NCBI GenBank assembly: GCA_963666125.1
Contig: OY762633.1
Location: forward strand, 1,474,935-1,538,934
DNA: 64,000 bases
Direction of reading: 5' to 3'
Origin: Dehalococcoidia bacterium
GTDB taxonomy: Bacteria > Chloroflexota > Dehalococcoidia > Lucifugimonadales > CAJWER01
The translations under genes were made by a program, and so were the position numbers. Shown here one piece after another: positions 1-11,672 of this stretch. Within the stretch, counting starts at the first letter, position 1. Each line of letters starts with the position of its first letter. The notes under the pieces were generated by a model. That model saw only the letters and a list, made by a program, of their open reading frames with translations, was not told the origin of the DNA and ran no database searches.

Positions 1-881
1 AGCACGCCGAAGGCCAGCGGCTTGGCCGGCCTCATGCGGACCGACCATAGCTCGATCTCGCCCCTCCGCGCCAGCACGTCCTTGACGATGTCGTAGTCGC
101 CCTTCGACACGCCGGCCGAGGTCAGCAGTATGTCCGCCTCCAGCCCTGCCTGCAGCTTGGCGTCCAGGTCGTCCAGGTTGTCCCGTGCGATGCCCAGCAG
201 CCTCGGCACGCCGCCGGCACGCCGCACGGCGACGGACAGGCTGTAGCTGTTGACGTCGTAGATGCTGCCCGCCCGCAGGTCCTGGCCCACGTCGACCAGC
301 TCGTCGCCGGTGGCCAGTATTGCCGCCACCGGACGCCTGATGACGCGGACGCTGCCCCGGCCCAGCGCGGCCAGTACGCCGATCTCCGCCGACCGCAGCA
401 TCGTCCCGCTCTCGAGCACCCGATCCCCCGCCCTCACGTCCTGCCCTGCGGGCCGGACGTTGGCCGTGGGCGGGACCTCCTCACGTATGCCTATCTCTGA
501 GAGCGTGCGGCCCGATGCCCTGCGATCGACCTCGTCGGTGTCCTCGAATGGCACGACGGCGTCGGCGCCCTCGGGAATCGGCGCGCCGGTCATGATCCTC
601 ATCGCCGTCCCAGGCTCCACGCGGCCCGTGGGAACCTGGCCTGCCGCCACCACCCCGGTGACCCTGAGGGTGACCGCCGAGGCCTCGGACGCACCGCGGA
701 TGTCCTCGGTCCTGAGGGCGTAGCCGTCCATGGCCGAGTTGTCCAGCGGGGGTATGTCGAACTGCCCCGCGACGTCCTCGGCGAGCACCTGCCCCTCCGC
801 TTCGAGGATCGGCCTCGTCTCGGGCTCCAAGACTTCGAAGTAGCCGAGCACGCGCTCCCGCGCCTCCTCGACGCTGATCAT
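1..881 (-). CDS. moeA: Molybdopterin molybdenumtransferase MoeA (N-terminal ~293 aa; 3' end lies beyond the window)
   Basis: Absent from the ORF track because it runs off the edge. My translation of the minus strand from ATG at ~879-881 reads MISVEEARERVLGYFEVLEPETRPILEAEGQVLAEDV..PPLDNSAMDGYAL..GTAMRIMTGAPIPEGADAVVPFE..ILLTSAGVSKGDYD, a typical MoeA N-terminal and MPT-binding region. The 262-723(+) track ORF is its antisense shadow. Confidence 0.8.
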   Translation of the reverse strand, partial: MISVEEARERVLGYFEVLEPETRPILEAEGQVLAEDVAGQFDIPPLDNSAMDGYALRTEDIRGASEASAVTLRVTGVVAAGQVPTGRVEPGTAMRIMTGAPIPEGADAVVPFEDTDEVDRRASGRTLSEIGIREEVPPTANVRPAGQDVRAGDRVLESGTMLRSAEIGVLAALGRGSVRVIRRPVAAILATGDELVDVGQDLRAGSIYDVNSYSLSVAVRRAGGVPRLLGIARDNLDDLDAKLQAGLEADILLTSAGVSKGDYDIVKDVLARRGEIELWSVRMRPAKPLAFGV

Positions 882-957
882 AGACTCGTGCTTATGCCGG
901 TGAACGTGCTCTACCAATTCGGCCTAATTTCGTTCTGCGAGGCGGGCCTCCCGTGCC

Positions 958-1113
958 TCACACATCCTCTCGCCGTACGTCTTCCCACCGCACCCACTCC
1001 CCTCTCTCTACCTCGGCCTGGCCCTCCGCCAATTCCCGCGCTTCATCTTCAGTCAAGTCCTCGGGCTCCTGAAGCAGCACGAGCAACAGGCTCTGAAGCT
1101 CCTCTTTATTCAT
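958..1113 (-). CDS. Small hypothetical protein (51 aa), acidic, possibly antitoxin-like
   Basis: Below the track cutoff. My translation reads MNKEELQSLLLVLLQEPEDLTEDEARELAEGQAEVERGEWVRWEDVRREDV*. It fills the gap between moeA and pheT on the same strand. No motif is strong enough for a functional call. Confidence 0.3.
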   Translation of the reverse strand: MNKEELQSLLLVLLQEPEDLTEDEARELAEGQAEVERGEWVRWEDVRREDV

Positions 1114-1124
1114 CACTGACGACT

Positions 1125-3551
1125 CTATGTCCTCAGCTCTGCGCCGAGCCGGCGCTGGAGCTGGCGTAGGATGTCGCCCTGGGCCCGGTCGACAGCCTCC
1201 GACGTGAGCGTGGCCCGCTCGGACTGGAAGACTATCCTGTAGGCCACGGACTTCTTCCCAGCCGGCACGCCCTCGCCGGTGTACACGTCGAAGGGCCGGC
1301 TCGATGCCACCAGCTTGTGCCGGTCGATTACCTGCTGGATGCTCGCGGAGGACGCGCCCTCGTCGACGATCAGGGCGATGTCGCGCTCCGCCTGCGGGAA
1401 CCGGCTGACCGGGACGTAGGCGACCGGACTTGCGGAGGCGGCCTCGAAGAGCGCCCCCAGGTCAATCTCGAACATGGCGACCGCCGCATCCTCCAGGTCG
1501 AACTTCTGGAGGATCGAGGGGTGCACCTCGCCGATGACGCCCACCTGCTTGCCATCCACCACGAGCCGGGCCGTCTTGCCGGGGTGCATCACCGCGTCCT
1601 CGCCGGGCTCGAACGCGGCCTCGACGCCGGTATCCACCAGCATCGCCTCCAGGGCGCCCTTGGCGTCGTAGAAGTCCATATCGGCCTGCTGGGTGAGCCA
1701 CGAAGCCGCGAATCGGGGGCCGGTCACCGCGCCGACGACCATCTGCCTCTCGTCGGGCAGGTCCCGCTCCTTGGCCTCCTCCTTCGGGATGAAGACGCGC
1801 CCTATCTCGAACAGCCTCAGCCCCTCGCCCCGGGACATCCGCCGGTTTGCCCTCAGCGTCTTCAGCATGTTGCCGCGCAGGCTCGTGCGCAGCGCCTGTA
1901 GCTCCCTGCTCATGGGGTTCGCCAACTCCAGCGGATCGCCTACGCCGTCCAGGCCGCGAACCATGTCCAGGGTCTCCCGGTCGGTCAGCGAGTATGTGAG
2001 GACCTCCTGCATCCCCGCCGCGGCCAGGGCGTCGCGGACGCGCTCCCGCAGCTCCTCGAACGGCTTCGGGCTGTGATGGGGTATGGGAGTCGCCATCGCC
2101 GTCGTGGGTATGTCGTCGTACCCGACGATCCGGGCGATCTCCTCGATCACGTCGTCCTCGATCCCGATGTCCGAGCGCCAGTAGGGCGCCGTAACCACAA
2201 GCTCTTCGCCGCCGCCGTCGCGGATCTGGAAGCCCAGCGACTCCAGCACGCCCCGCACCTTGCCGGCCGGGAGATCGACGCCCAGCACCTTCCGCAGGCG
2301 CGCCCCGGTGACCCGCAGCCCGGGGGCCTCGGAGCGTCCGGGGTACGCGTCGACTATGCCGACCGCCGCGGTGCCGCCCGCAACATCCAGGATGAGCCTG
2401 ATGGCCCGCCTGAGGGCCCTGGGGGCTAGGTCGGCGCGGATGCCGCGCTCGAACCTGTACGACGCCTCGGTGCCATTGCCGAGCGCACGCTTCGTGCGGT
2501 GGGTGTTGGACGGGTCAAAGTTCGCCGACTCGAGAAGCACCGACGTGGTGCCCTCCGTGACGCTCGAATCGACCCCGCCGACCACCCCGGCCAGGGCGAC
2601 CGGCCCCGATGGGTCGGCGATGGCGAGCATGGGCGGGCGCAGGTCGTGGGTCTCGTCGTCCAGGGTGGCGAGCCGCTCGCCGGCCCGCGCCTGCCTGACG
2701 ATGATCGCGCCGTCCGCCACCTTGTCGTAGTCGAAGGCGTGCATCGGCTGGCCGTACTCCAGCATCACGAAGTTCGTGATGTCGACGATGTTGTTGATGG
2801 GCCTCTGGCCTGCCTTCTCCAGCGTGCTCCGCAGCCACTCCGGGGACGGCCCGACGCTCACTCCCTCCACCAGCCCCGCCGTGTAGCGCGGGCACAGGGC
2901 GGGGTCCTCGATCTCGACGGTCACCCTGTCCGCTATGGGCGGGCCGTCCTCCGGGTATGCGGCGTCGGGCTCCGTGACCCGCACGCCGGTGATGGCCCCG
3001 ACCTCCCGCGCCACGCCGAGGATCGAGAGGCAGTCCGGCCTGTTCGGGGTCACCTCCGCGTCCAGCACGGCGTCGCCCAGCACGTCCACGAGGGGCGTGC
3101 CCACGGGCAGGTCGTCGTCCAGCACCAGGATGCCGTCGTGGTCGTCGCCGAGACCAAGCTCACGCTCCGAGCACACCATGCCCGACGACAGCACGCCCCT
3201 GATCTTCGCCGCCTTCAATGGCTCGACCTTGCCGGTCCTGTTGCTGAGCAGCATCGCGCCCTCGCGGGCGAAGGCGATCTTCTGCCCGGCCGCGACGTTC
3301 GGAGCGCCGCATACAACCGTGGCCGTCTCGCCATTGCCGAGGTCCACGGTGGGCAGCGTGAGCCGGTCGGCGTTCGGGTGAGGGTTCACCTCCAAGACGT
3401 GGCCGACGAGCACCTTGTCGCGGTCCCAGTCGGCCCCGGTCTCCTCGACCGCGCCGATCTCCGTTCCGGCCATGGTGAGCCTGTGGGCAAGCTCACCCGC
3501 CGGCAGGTCTACCGGGACATACCGCTTCAGCCATGAGAGGGGTACGAGCAT
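1125..3551 (-). CDS. pheT: Phenylalanine--tRNA ligase beta subunit
   Basis: 808 aa. The N-terminal tRNA-binding domain reads VLVGHVLEVNPHPNADRLTLPTVDLG. The B3/4 and B5 regions and the C-terminal FDX-ACB domain (SRFPQAERDIALIVD) are present. It sits directly downstream of pheS. Confidence 0.95.
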   Translation of the reverse strand: MLVPLSWLKRYVPVDLPAGELAHRLTMAGTEIGAVEETGADWDRDKVLVGHVLEVNPHPNADRLTLPTVDLGNGETATVVCGAPNVAAGQKIAFAREGAMLLSNRTGKVEPLKAAKIRGVLSSGMVCSERELGLGDDHDGILVLDDDLPVGTPLVDVLGDAVLDAEVTPNRPDCLSILGVAREVGAITGVRVTEPDAAYPEDGPPIADRVTVEIEDPALCPRYTAGLVEGVSVGPSPEWLRSTLEKAGQRPINNIVDITNFVMLEYGQPMHAFDYDKVADGAIIVRQARAGERLATLDDETHDLRPPMLAIADPSGPVALAGVVGGVDSSVTEGTTSVLLESANFDPSNTHRTKRALGNGTEASYRFERGIRADLAPRALRRAIRLILDVAGGTAAVGIVDAYPGRSEAPGLRVTGARLRKVLGVDLPAGKVRGVLESLGFQIRDGGGEELVVTAPYWRSDIGIEDDVIEEIARIVGYDDIPTTAMATPIPHHSPKPFEELRERVRDALAAAGMQEVLTYSLTDRETLDMVRGLDGVGDPLELANPMSRELQALRTSLRGNMLKTLRANRRMSRGEGLRLFEIGRVFIPKEEAKERDLPDERQMVVGAVTGPRFAASWLTQQADMDFYDAKGALEAMLVDTGVEAAFEPGEDAVMHPGKTARLVVDGKQVGVIGEVHPSILQKFDLEDAAVAMFEIDLGALFEAASASPVAYVPVSRFPQAERDIALIVDEGASSASIQQVIDRHKLVASSRPFDVYTGEGVPAGKKSVAYRIVFQSERATLTSEAVDRAQGDILRQLQRRLGAELRT

Positions 3552-3589
3552 CTATGAACCTGGGGCCCGCTGCGTTACGGGCGCTTCCT

Positions 3590-4645
3590 TTAGAATTGGC
3601 GCAGGAACCTGACGTCGTTGCCGTAGAAGAGGCGAATGTCGCCGATGCCGTGGCGCAGCATGCAGATGCGCTCCACGCCCATCCCGAAGGCGAACCCGGT
3701 GTACCTCTGGGAGTCATAGCCGACGCCCTCCAGCACCGACGGATGCACCATCCCTGCGCCCAGGATCTCTATCCAGCCGGTGCCGCCGCAGATGCGGCAG
3801 CCGCTGCCGTCGCACCTGAAGCAGTCTATGGCCATGTCCACGCCGGGCTCCACGAACGGGAAGAAGTCGCACCTGAACCGCGCCCGCCGCTCCTCGCCGA
3901 ATATCCGCCTGGCGAACTCGAACAGCGTGCCCTTCAGGTCGGCGAAGGTGATGCCCTCGTCCACGGCCAGCCCTTCGACCTGGTGGAAGTGCCACTCGTG
4001 GGTCGCGTCCGTGGCCTCGTACCTGAACGCCTTGCCCGGCACGATCACCCGCACGGGCGGCTGCGTGGTCTCCATGATCCGGGCCTGCATCGGCGACGTG
4101 TGGGTCCGGAGCAGCATGGGCCGGTTGCCCTCATCGTCCACGTAGTCGACCCAGAGCGTGTCCCACATGTCGCGTGCGGGATGGTCCTTCGGGATGTTGA
4201 GCATGTCGAAGTTGTACCTGTCCCACTCGACCTCCGGGCCCTCCTCGACCCCGAACCCCATGGACGCGAAGACCTCCGTGATCTCCCGGATAGTCTGGGT
4301 GACGGGGTGGAGCCTGCCCTGGGGAGCGGGCCAGCCGGGCAGCGTGACGTCGATCCGCTCCTGCTCGACCCGGTCGGCCAGGGAGGCGTCGCGCAGCCCG
4401 CGCAGCCGGGTCTCCATGTCCCCTTCCAGCCGGCCCTTCGCCCGGTTCGCGGCAGCGCCCACGGCACGCCTCTCGTCCTGGTCGAGGGAGCCGAGCCCCC
4501 GCAGCAGGCGCGTCAGCTGCCCGCTGCGCCCCAGGTACGCGACACGCCACCGGTCGACGCCGTCCGCGTCGACGGCGGCGTCCAGCTCGCGGGTAGCCGC
4601 GGCCATCACGTCCTCGACCTGCTGAACGGTGGGCCTGTCACTCAT
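3590..4645 (-). CDS. pheS: Phenylalanine--tRNA ligase alpha subunit
   Basis: The track ORF is 3590-4858. The credible start is the internal Met of MSDRPTVQQVEDVMAAATRELDAA (residue 72 of the ORF, placed by frame arithmetic, +/-1 nt). Class II core motifs are present: RTHTSPMQARIM, FRYEATDATHEWHFHQVEG, GAGMVHP..GFAFGMGVERI. Confidence 0.93.
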   Translation of the reverse strand: MSDRPTVQQVEDVMAAATRELDAAVDADGVDRWRVAYLGRSGQLTRLLRGLGSLDQDERRAVGAAANRAKGRLEGDMETRLRGLRDASLADRVEQERIDVTLPGWPAPQGRLHPVTQTIREITEVFASMGFGVEEGPEVEWDRYNFDMLNIPKDHPARDMWDTLWVDYVDDEGNRPMLLRTHTSPMQARIMETTQPPVRVIVPGKAFRYEATDATHEWHFHQVEGLAVDEGITFADLKGTLFEFARRIFGEERRARFRCDFFPFVEPGVDMAIDCFRCDGSGCRICGGTGWIEILGAGMVHPSVLEGVGYDSQRYTGFAFGMGVERICMLRHGIGDIRLFYGNDVRFLRQF

Positions 4646-4745
4646 GGGACACGTCGATATGGCACGGAGAGAGTAGCAGCACGATTCAATTATTAGGCTT
4701 GGCTCGGTAACAGTCAAATATTGCCCGCACCGGCGCAGCCGTAAT

Positions 4746-6557
4746 ATGCTGAACGTTTCGCGTTCGCCTCTCCCCATTCTCTCGTGGAGGGAAGGCCCCC
4801 CGATGCTGCGCAGTCTCAGACCCGTCAGGGTATACGTCGGCCTCCTGTCCAGATACATGGCGCCCCTGTGGCCCAGGTCGTTGCTGCTGGCCTTCCTGCT
4901 CGCGTCCTCGCTGGCGCTCCAGCTCGTGCATCCCCAGATAGTCAGGGACTTCGTCGACGCGGCGCAGCAGGGGGGCGACGCCGGCCCGCTCTACGCGGCG
5001 GGCGCACTCTACCTGGTCGTCGGGGTCGTGTACATGGCCCTCCTCGCGGCGTCCAGGTACGTCGGGGGCGACCTGGGATGGCGCGCCACCAATCGCCTGA
5101 GGTCGGACCTGGTGCTGCACGTGCTGCGCCTGGACCTCACCTTCCACCACGCCCACCCGCCCGGCGAGCTGCTGGAGCGCATAGACGGCGACGTGGAGAG
5201 GCTGGCGGAGTTCTTCTCCCAGCTCACGGTGCACATGCTCTTCGGCTTCCTGATGATCCTGGGCGTGACCGCCATCTTGTGGGTCGAGGACTGGCGGCTC
5301 GGGCTGGGCATCGCGGTCTTCGTGGCCGTCAACATCGTCATCCACGTCTACGGGCAGCGGATGTCCGCCCCCAGGTGGCTCGACAGCCGCGAACGCTCGG
5401 CGGACGTCTCCAGCTACATAGGCGAGCGGATGGACGGCATCAGGGACATCCAGACCAGCGGCGCGGGGCCGTACGAAGTCGAGCGGTTCGAGCGACTGGT
5501 CGAGGCGGAGATCAGGGCCGATACCCGTGCCAGGCTCTTCTCGACCGCGGCGGGCGGCGTGTCCGGCATGGCATACGGCCTGGGCGTGTCGGCCATCGTT
5601 GGGCTGGGGGCCTACCTCGTCCTCGGCGACGCGATCTCCGCCGGAACGGTGATGATGGTGATGCTGTACGCGCTGCGGCTGCGCGGGGACGTCCTCCAGA
5701 TCTCCCGCGACGTCGACGACCTGAACATGGCCGGCGCCAGCATCCAGAGGGTGCGCGACATCCTGGACGTGCGCCCGTCGATCCGCGACGAGGGACGCGT
5801 GGCCGCGCCCACCGGTCCCCTGTCGGTCGAGTTCGACCACGTCCGGTTCGCCTATCACGGCGACAACTGGGTGCTCAGGGACGTGTCCTTCGACCTGCGC
5901 CCGGGGCGGGTGCTCGGGCTACTGGGGCGCACGGGGAGCGGGAAGACCACCATCTCGCGGCTGGTGTTCCGCCTGTACGAGGCGCAGCGGGGTGCAGTTC
6001 GCGTGGGCGGCGTTCCGGTGAGCGACGTGGGGATCGACGCCCTGCGTAGCCGTCTCGGCATGGTCACCCAGGACGTGCAGCTATTCCGGGGGACGCTGCG
6101 GGACAACATCACCCTCTTCGACGGGACGGTTGAGGACTCGACCGTGCTCGCCGCCCTCCGGGAGCTTGGGCTGGAGACGTGGGTGGAGTCCCTGGGCGAA
6201 GGGCTGGACACGCGGCTTGCGGGCGGCGGCGACCGGCTCTCGGCCGGCGAGGCGCAGCTCGTCGCCATGGCCCGCGTATTCCTCAAGGACCCGGACTTGG
6301 TGATACTGGACGAGGCGTCGTCGCGGCTCGATCCCGCCACGGACGCGATGGTCGGCAGGGCCGTCTGGAGGCTGCTGGAGGGCCGCACCGGGATCATCAT
6401 CGCCCACCGCCTGGGCACGGTCCGCCGGGTGGACGACGTCCTGATAATCGACTCGGGGCGGGTTCAGGAGCACGGCGAGCGCGCCGCCCTGGAGGCCGAC
6501 GACGGGTCGCGGTTCAGGGCGCTGCTGCGGTCGGGGCTCGAAGAGGTGCTGGCATGA
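4746..6557 (+). CDS. ABC exporter, fused permease/ATPase subunit (first of a heterodimer pair)
   Basis: 603 aa with six predicted N-terminal TM helices. Walker A is GRTGSGKTT, the signature is LSAGEAQ and Walker B is LVILDEAS. The start may be the Met at 4803 (MLRSLRPVRVY). Its stop overlaps the next start (ATGA at 6554-6557). Confidence 0.9.
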   Translation: MLNVSRSPLPILSWREGPPMLRSLRPVRVYVGLLSRYMAPLWPRSLLLAFLLASSLALQLVHPQIVRDFVDAAQQGGDAGPLYAAGALYLVVGVVYMALLAASRYVGGDLGWRATNRLRSDLVLHVLRLDLTFHHAHPPGELLERIDGDVERLAEFFSQLTVHMLFGFLMILGVTAILWVEDWRLGLGIAVFVAVNIVIHVYGQRMSAPRWLDSRERSADVSSYIGERMDGIRDIQTSGAGPYEVERFERLVEAEIRADTRARLFSTAAGGVSGMAYGLGVSAIVGLGAYLVLGDAISAGTVMMVMLYALRLRGDVLQISRDVDDLNMAGASIQRVRDILDVRPSIRDEGRVAAPTGPLSVEFDHVRFAYHGDNWVLRDVSFDLRPGRVLGLLGRTGSGKTTISRLVFRLYEAQRGAVRVGGVPVSDVGIDALRSRLGMVTQDVQLFRGTLRDNITLFDGTVEDSTVLAALRELGLETWVESLGEGLDTRLAGGGDRLSAGEAQLVAMARVFLKDPDLVILDEASSRLDPATDAMVGRAVWRLLEGRTGIIIAHRLGTVRRVDDVLIIDSGRVQEHGERAALEADDGSRFRALLRSGLEEVLA

Positions 6558-8335
6558 GCCTCGGTCGATTCGCACTCCGGCTGGTACTCCGGAGCCCGGC
6601 GCTCTTCGCCCTGGCGTCCGTCCTGGCCATAGGGGCCGACGTGGTGCCGCTCCTCGAGGGCCTCATCCTGCGGGAGATATTCGACTCCTTCACGGGCGGC
6701 GGCGTGGGAAGCGGCATCTGGACCCTGGTGGCCCTGTTCGCCGCAGCCCAGGCCGCTTCGACCGTGGTCGGGCGGGGCTACTGGATGTCGGAAACGTGGA
6801 TGGACAACTCCCTCTGGGGCTTCGTCAGGGTGAACCTCTTCAGGACCATCATGGGGCGGCCCGCGCTGGTCGACAGGCCGAGCACCGGCGACACCATCGA
6901 CCGCTTCTCCACCGACGCCGAGGACGCCCTGGGGCCCACGTACCTGCTGACCCGGTTCCTGGGCCTCACGGTGTCCCTCGGCCTGGCCCTGTACGTGATG
7001 GCGAGCATCAACCTCCGGCTCACCCTCTTCACCCTTGCGCCGATCGTGGTGATGGTGCTCGTGACCCGCTTCTTCAGGGGGTACTTCCAGACGACCCGCC
7101 AAGCGTCCCGCGAGGCCAGCGGGGACGTGACCGGCTTCGTCACCGAGATGCTGGGGGCCGTGCTGGCCATCCAGGTCGCCTCCACGCAGCGGCAGGTGGT
7201 GCGCCGCATGAGCGTCCTGGCAGACCGACGACGACGGGAGTACGTGAAGGAGATACTCCTCGACTCCATGAACAACCTCCTCGCCGGCCTGTCGGTCCGG
7301 GTCGCGGTGGGCACGGTGATGATCGTGTCCGCCGCCCTCCTCGTGGCGGGCGACATCACCATAGGCGACTTCGTGCTCTTCGTGAGCTACTCGATGGGCC
7401 ATGCCCTGTCCACCTTTCCGGCGGCGGCGGGCAGGATGCTGGCGGAGCTGAGGCGCTCCCGGGTCTCCCTCGACCGCCTCCTGGAGCTTGTCGCCGATGG
7501 CGAGGAGGAGGGCCTCGTATCCAGGGCTCCAGCCCGCCAGGCGGCTGCCGTGCTGCCGGATCCCGGCAGTCCGGCGAGCCCGCTTGCCCTGGAGCATTTA
7601 GAGGTGCGGGGACTGAGCTACGTCCACCCGGGGACCGGCAGAGGCATCCACGACGTCGACCTGGGCCTGGAGCGGGGCTCGTTCACGGTCGTCACGGGCA
7701 GGATCGGGTCGGGCAAGACGACCCTGCTGGAGACCATACTGGGGCAGCTCCCAGCCGGCAGGGGCGAGGTTCTCTGGAACGGGGAGCCCGTCGCGGCCCC
7801 GAACGAGTTCATGGTCCCGCCCCGGTGCGCCTACACGCCGCAGGTCCCAGTGCTCTTCAGCGAGACCGTGCGGGAGAACATCACGCTGGGCCTGGAGCCC
7901 CGGCCCGGGGCCCTCGACGAGGCCGTCAGACTGGCCGTCCTGGGGCCCGACGTCGCAACCCTCAGGCACGGGCTGGACACGGTAATCGGGCCGCGCGGCG
8001 TCAGGCTCTCCGGCGGGCAGGTGCAGCGCACCGCGGCCGCCAGGATGTTCGTCCGCGAGCCCGACCTGCTCATATTCGACGACCTGTCCAGCGCCCTCGA
8101 CGCCGAGACCGAGCAGCAGCTATGGGAGCGGCTGTTTACGCTGCCCGACACGACCAGCCTCGTCGTCTCCCACAGGCGGGCCGCCTACCGCCGGGCCGAC
8201 CGTATAATCGTACTCCACGAGGGCCGCGTGGCCGCCACAGGCAAGCTCGAAGACCTACTGGACACCAGCCCCGAAATGACCCACCTCTGGCACGGCAACC
8301 TAGGCGAACGGGGAGTGGGGCCGGGGCCGCCGTGC

Positions 8336-8347
<12 letters not shown>
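6554..8347 (+). CDS. ABC exporter, fused permease/ATPase subunit (second of the pair)
   Basis: The track ORF 6179-8347 is trimmed to the in-frame ATG at 6554 (MSLGRFALRLVLRSPALFAL), which is coupled to the upstream stop. Walker A is GRIGSGKTT, the signature is LSGGQVQR and Walker B is LLIFDDLSS. Confidence 0.9.
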
Positions 8348-9127
<780 letters not shown>

Positions 9128-9144
9128 GTCGACCACCTCCTGGC

Positions 9145-10392
9145 TCACCGCTGGCCCACCCCCAGGTGTCTCTCGAGGCTCCGGCTGGCGTACGACATCG
9201 TGTACGTGATCAGCCAGAATATCACGGCAACGAACAGGTACAGCTCCCGCCCGTTGTCGGCGAACTCCACGTTGCCCTGGACAACGGCCCGGCCTATTTC
9301 GAGGATGTCCAGCATTCCGATGATGTAGACGAGGCTCGTGTCCTTGAAGAGCCCGATGAACTGCCCGACTATGGCCGGTATCACGTTGCGGACGGCCTGG
9401 GGCAGCAGTATCCACACCGTCACGCGCCAGCCGGGCAGGCCGAGCGCCCTGGCCGCCTCCGCCTGCCCGGGGGGAAGCCCCTGGAGGCCGCCCCGGATGT
9501 TCTCGGCCATGTACGCGGCGGAGAAGAGGGTGATGACGATCGCAGCACGTGTGACCGAGTTGACGGGGAAGTTCTCAGGCAGCGCCAGGGGCACGAGCAC
9601 CTGGGACACGAACAGCAGCGTGATCAGCGGGACGCCCCGGAAGACCTCGATGAACACGACGCACATCAGCTTCACCACGGGCAGGTTGCTGCGCCGCCCC
9701 AGGGCCAGCGCCACCCCGATGGGGAAGGACAGGACGATGCCCGACACCGACAGGATCAGGTTGAGCATCAGCCCGCCCCAGACCCTGGGCGACACGGGCT
9801 CCATGGCAGTCACACCCGGCAGCACGGCAGTCACGCCCGGCAGCCCGACCAGCAGGGAGAGGAACAGTACGTAGGTGACCAGGCCGCCCACTATGAGCCA
9901 GCGGGGCCGTCCCACCGCTTCGGTGGTCCCGAGCCAGTAGGCGACGGCCAGGACGGGCAGGTTGCCCAGGACCAGCAGGCGTATGTCCAGGGGCATGTTG
10001 ACGCCCTCGTGCAGCGCGCCGTAGGGCAGGAGCCCCACCACCAGCGCGATTGCGCCGTAGCCTATGGCGATGCGCAGGGCGGCCCCCTTCCACATCCCCG
10101 CCGCCAGGCCGAACAGCACCGACACCATCAGCCAGCCCACCAGCGGGCGCCAGGCGTGCTCGGTCGGGTATATGCCGATGACGTACTGCTGGGGACGGCT
10201 GGTGACCAGCGTCCAGTCCGCCGTCGTGAATACCCAGCTCAGCCCGGCCCAGCAGGCCCAGAGGGCCAGCGGCGCCGAGACGACCGTGACGATCGTGCTG
10301 GGCACGCTGCCGAACAGGTTGAACCGGGCCCACCCGATCCACCCCGTCTCGGTGCGGGGCGGCTGCATGGGCGCCGTATGCTCGGTCGCCAT
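9145..10392 (-). CDS. Amino-acid ABC transporter permease (AapM-like, extended N-terminus)
   Basis: 415 aa and polytopic. The EAA-type loop reads GLPPGQAEAARALGLPGWRVTVWILLPQA. It is 3 nt from the upstream permease gene. Confidence 0.85.
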   Translation of the reverse strand: MATEHTAPMQPPRTETGWIGWARFNLFGSVPSTIVTVVSAPLALWACWAGLSWVFTTADWTLVTSRPQQYVIGIYPTEHAWRPLVGWLMVSVLFGLAAGMWKGAALRIAIGYGAIALVVGLLPYGALHEGVNMPLDIRLLVLGNLPVLAVAYWLGTTEAVGRPRWLIVGGLVTYVLFLSLLVGLPGVTAVLPGVTAMEPVSPRVWGGLMLNLILSVSGIVLSFPIGVALALGRRSNLPVVKLMCVVFIEVFRGVPLITLLFVSQVLVPLALPENFPVNSVTRAAIVITLFSAAYMAENIRGGLQGLPPGQAEAARALGLPGWRVTVWILLPQAVRNVIPAIVGQFIGLFKDTSLVYIIGMLDILEIGRAVVQGNVEFADNGRELYLFVAVIFWLITYTMSYASRSLERHLGVGQR

Positions 10393-10395
10393 CGC

Positions 10396-11604
10396 CTAGC
10401 CTCCCCTGAACTGGATGTGCCGGTTGTACAGGTTGCCGATCAGGGAGTAGCCGAGGCTGAACAGCAGGTATATGGCCATGATGATCAGGAAGATGGAGAT
10501 GGCCGGGGCCGTCTGGGTCATGGTCTTGGCGACGCTGGTCAGGTCCGCGTAGCCGATGGCTATGGCCAGGCTGCTGTTCTTGGTCAGGTTCAGGTACTGG
10601 CTGATGAGCGGCGGGATGATGACGCGGAGGGCCTGGGGGAAGGTGACGTACCGCAGCGTCTCCATGGCGTTGAGGCCCAGCGACCGGGATGCCTCGCCCT
10701 GCCCACGCGACACCGACTGGAGCCCCGCCCGCACGATCTCGGCGATGAATGCCGACGTGTAGATGATCAGCCCCACGAGCAGCGCTGCAAGCTCGATGGA
10801 CAGGCCGATGCCCCCCTGCAGGTGGCCGAAGCGTCCCACCGGGCGGGGCAGATCGATGACCAGCGGGGCGCCCAGCGAGACCCACGCGACGGCGCCGATG
10901 AGGACGGCGGTGACGGAAGCCCAGACCAGCGGGTACGACGGTCGCCCGGTGCGAAGCTCCCGGCGTATGGCCACCTGCTGGACCGCCAGGGCCGCGGCGA
11001 CCGCCACGGCGGCGTATATCCCCCAGGCCAGCACCGTGTCCTGCGCCTTGAGCCAGGGGAGCGACAGGCCCGAGTTGTTCATGTATATCGCGTCGAACCA
11101 CACGTAGCCCTCCCGTACCTGCGGGAGACCGAGCAGCACGATGTACCAGAAGAAGAGCTGCACGATGAGCGGCACGTTGCGGAAGAACTCCACGTACACC
11201 TTGGCCGCCCGGCTCAGTATCCAGTTGCCCGCAAGCTGCGCGGAGCCTATGACGATCCCCAGCACGGTGGCGAAGGCCACGCCCACCAGGGACAGGGTGA
11301 GGGTGTTCGTCGCGGCCACCAGGAAGGCGTAGGCGAAGGTATCGCTCTCCTCGTACGGCAGCAGCGACTCGCTGATGGGCGTGGAGTACTCCCTGGACAG
11401 GAAGGACCAGCCGCGGGGGATGTCCCGCTCCTCGACGGCGGACGCGAGGTTGTAGATGAAGAACGCCACGGCCGCGATTACGATGATGGCCGAGACGATC
11501 TGGGCGGTCCAGCCCAGGATCCGCGCGTGCCGCCATACGGGTATGCCCTGGTAGGTGAGCGATGTCATCGTGCGCCCATCATCGCACAAGCGGGCTATCC
11601 CCAC
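10396..11604 (-). CDS. Amino-acid ABC transporter permease (AapQ-like)
   Basis: 402 aa as the maximal ORF (GTG start). An alternative ATG lies at 11568 (MTSLTYQGIPVW). The EAA loop reads SRGQGEASRSLGLNAMETLRYVTFPQA. Confidence 0.85.
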   Translation of the reverse strand: MGIARLCDDGRTMTSLTYQGIPVWRHARILGWTAQIVSAIIVIAAVAFFIYNLASAVEERDIPRGWSFLSREYSTPISESLLPYEESDTFAYAFLVAATNTLTLSLVGVAFATVLGIVIGSAQLAGNWILSRAAKVYVEFFRNVPLIVQLFFWYIVLLGLPQVREGYVWFDAIYMNNSGLSLPWLKAQDTVLAWGIYAAVAVAAALAVQQVAIRRELRTGRPSYPLVWASVTAVLIGAVAWVSLGAPLVIDLPRPVGRFGHLQGGIGLSIELAALLVGLIIYTSAFIAEIVRAGLQSVSRGQGEASRSLGLNAMETLRYVTFPQALRVIIPPLISQYLNLTKNSSLAIAIGYADLTSVAKTMTQTAPAISIFLIIMAIYLLFSLGYSLIGNLYNRHIQFRGG

Positions 11605-11672
11605 AAGACGACCCGGCGGATTGCCGGGCCGACACGAGGCCAGCCCTTACGTGGTGGAGTCGTGCGGGGCTC

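Noticed and set aside
888-1169. The 93-aa plus-strand ORF between moeA and pheT.
   Set aside because: It is Pro/Leu-rich and low-complexity, and it overlaps the pheT 3' end. The opposite strand holds a more protein-like 51-aa ORF, itself reported only at low confidence.
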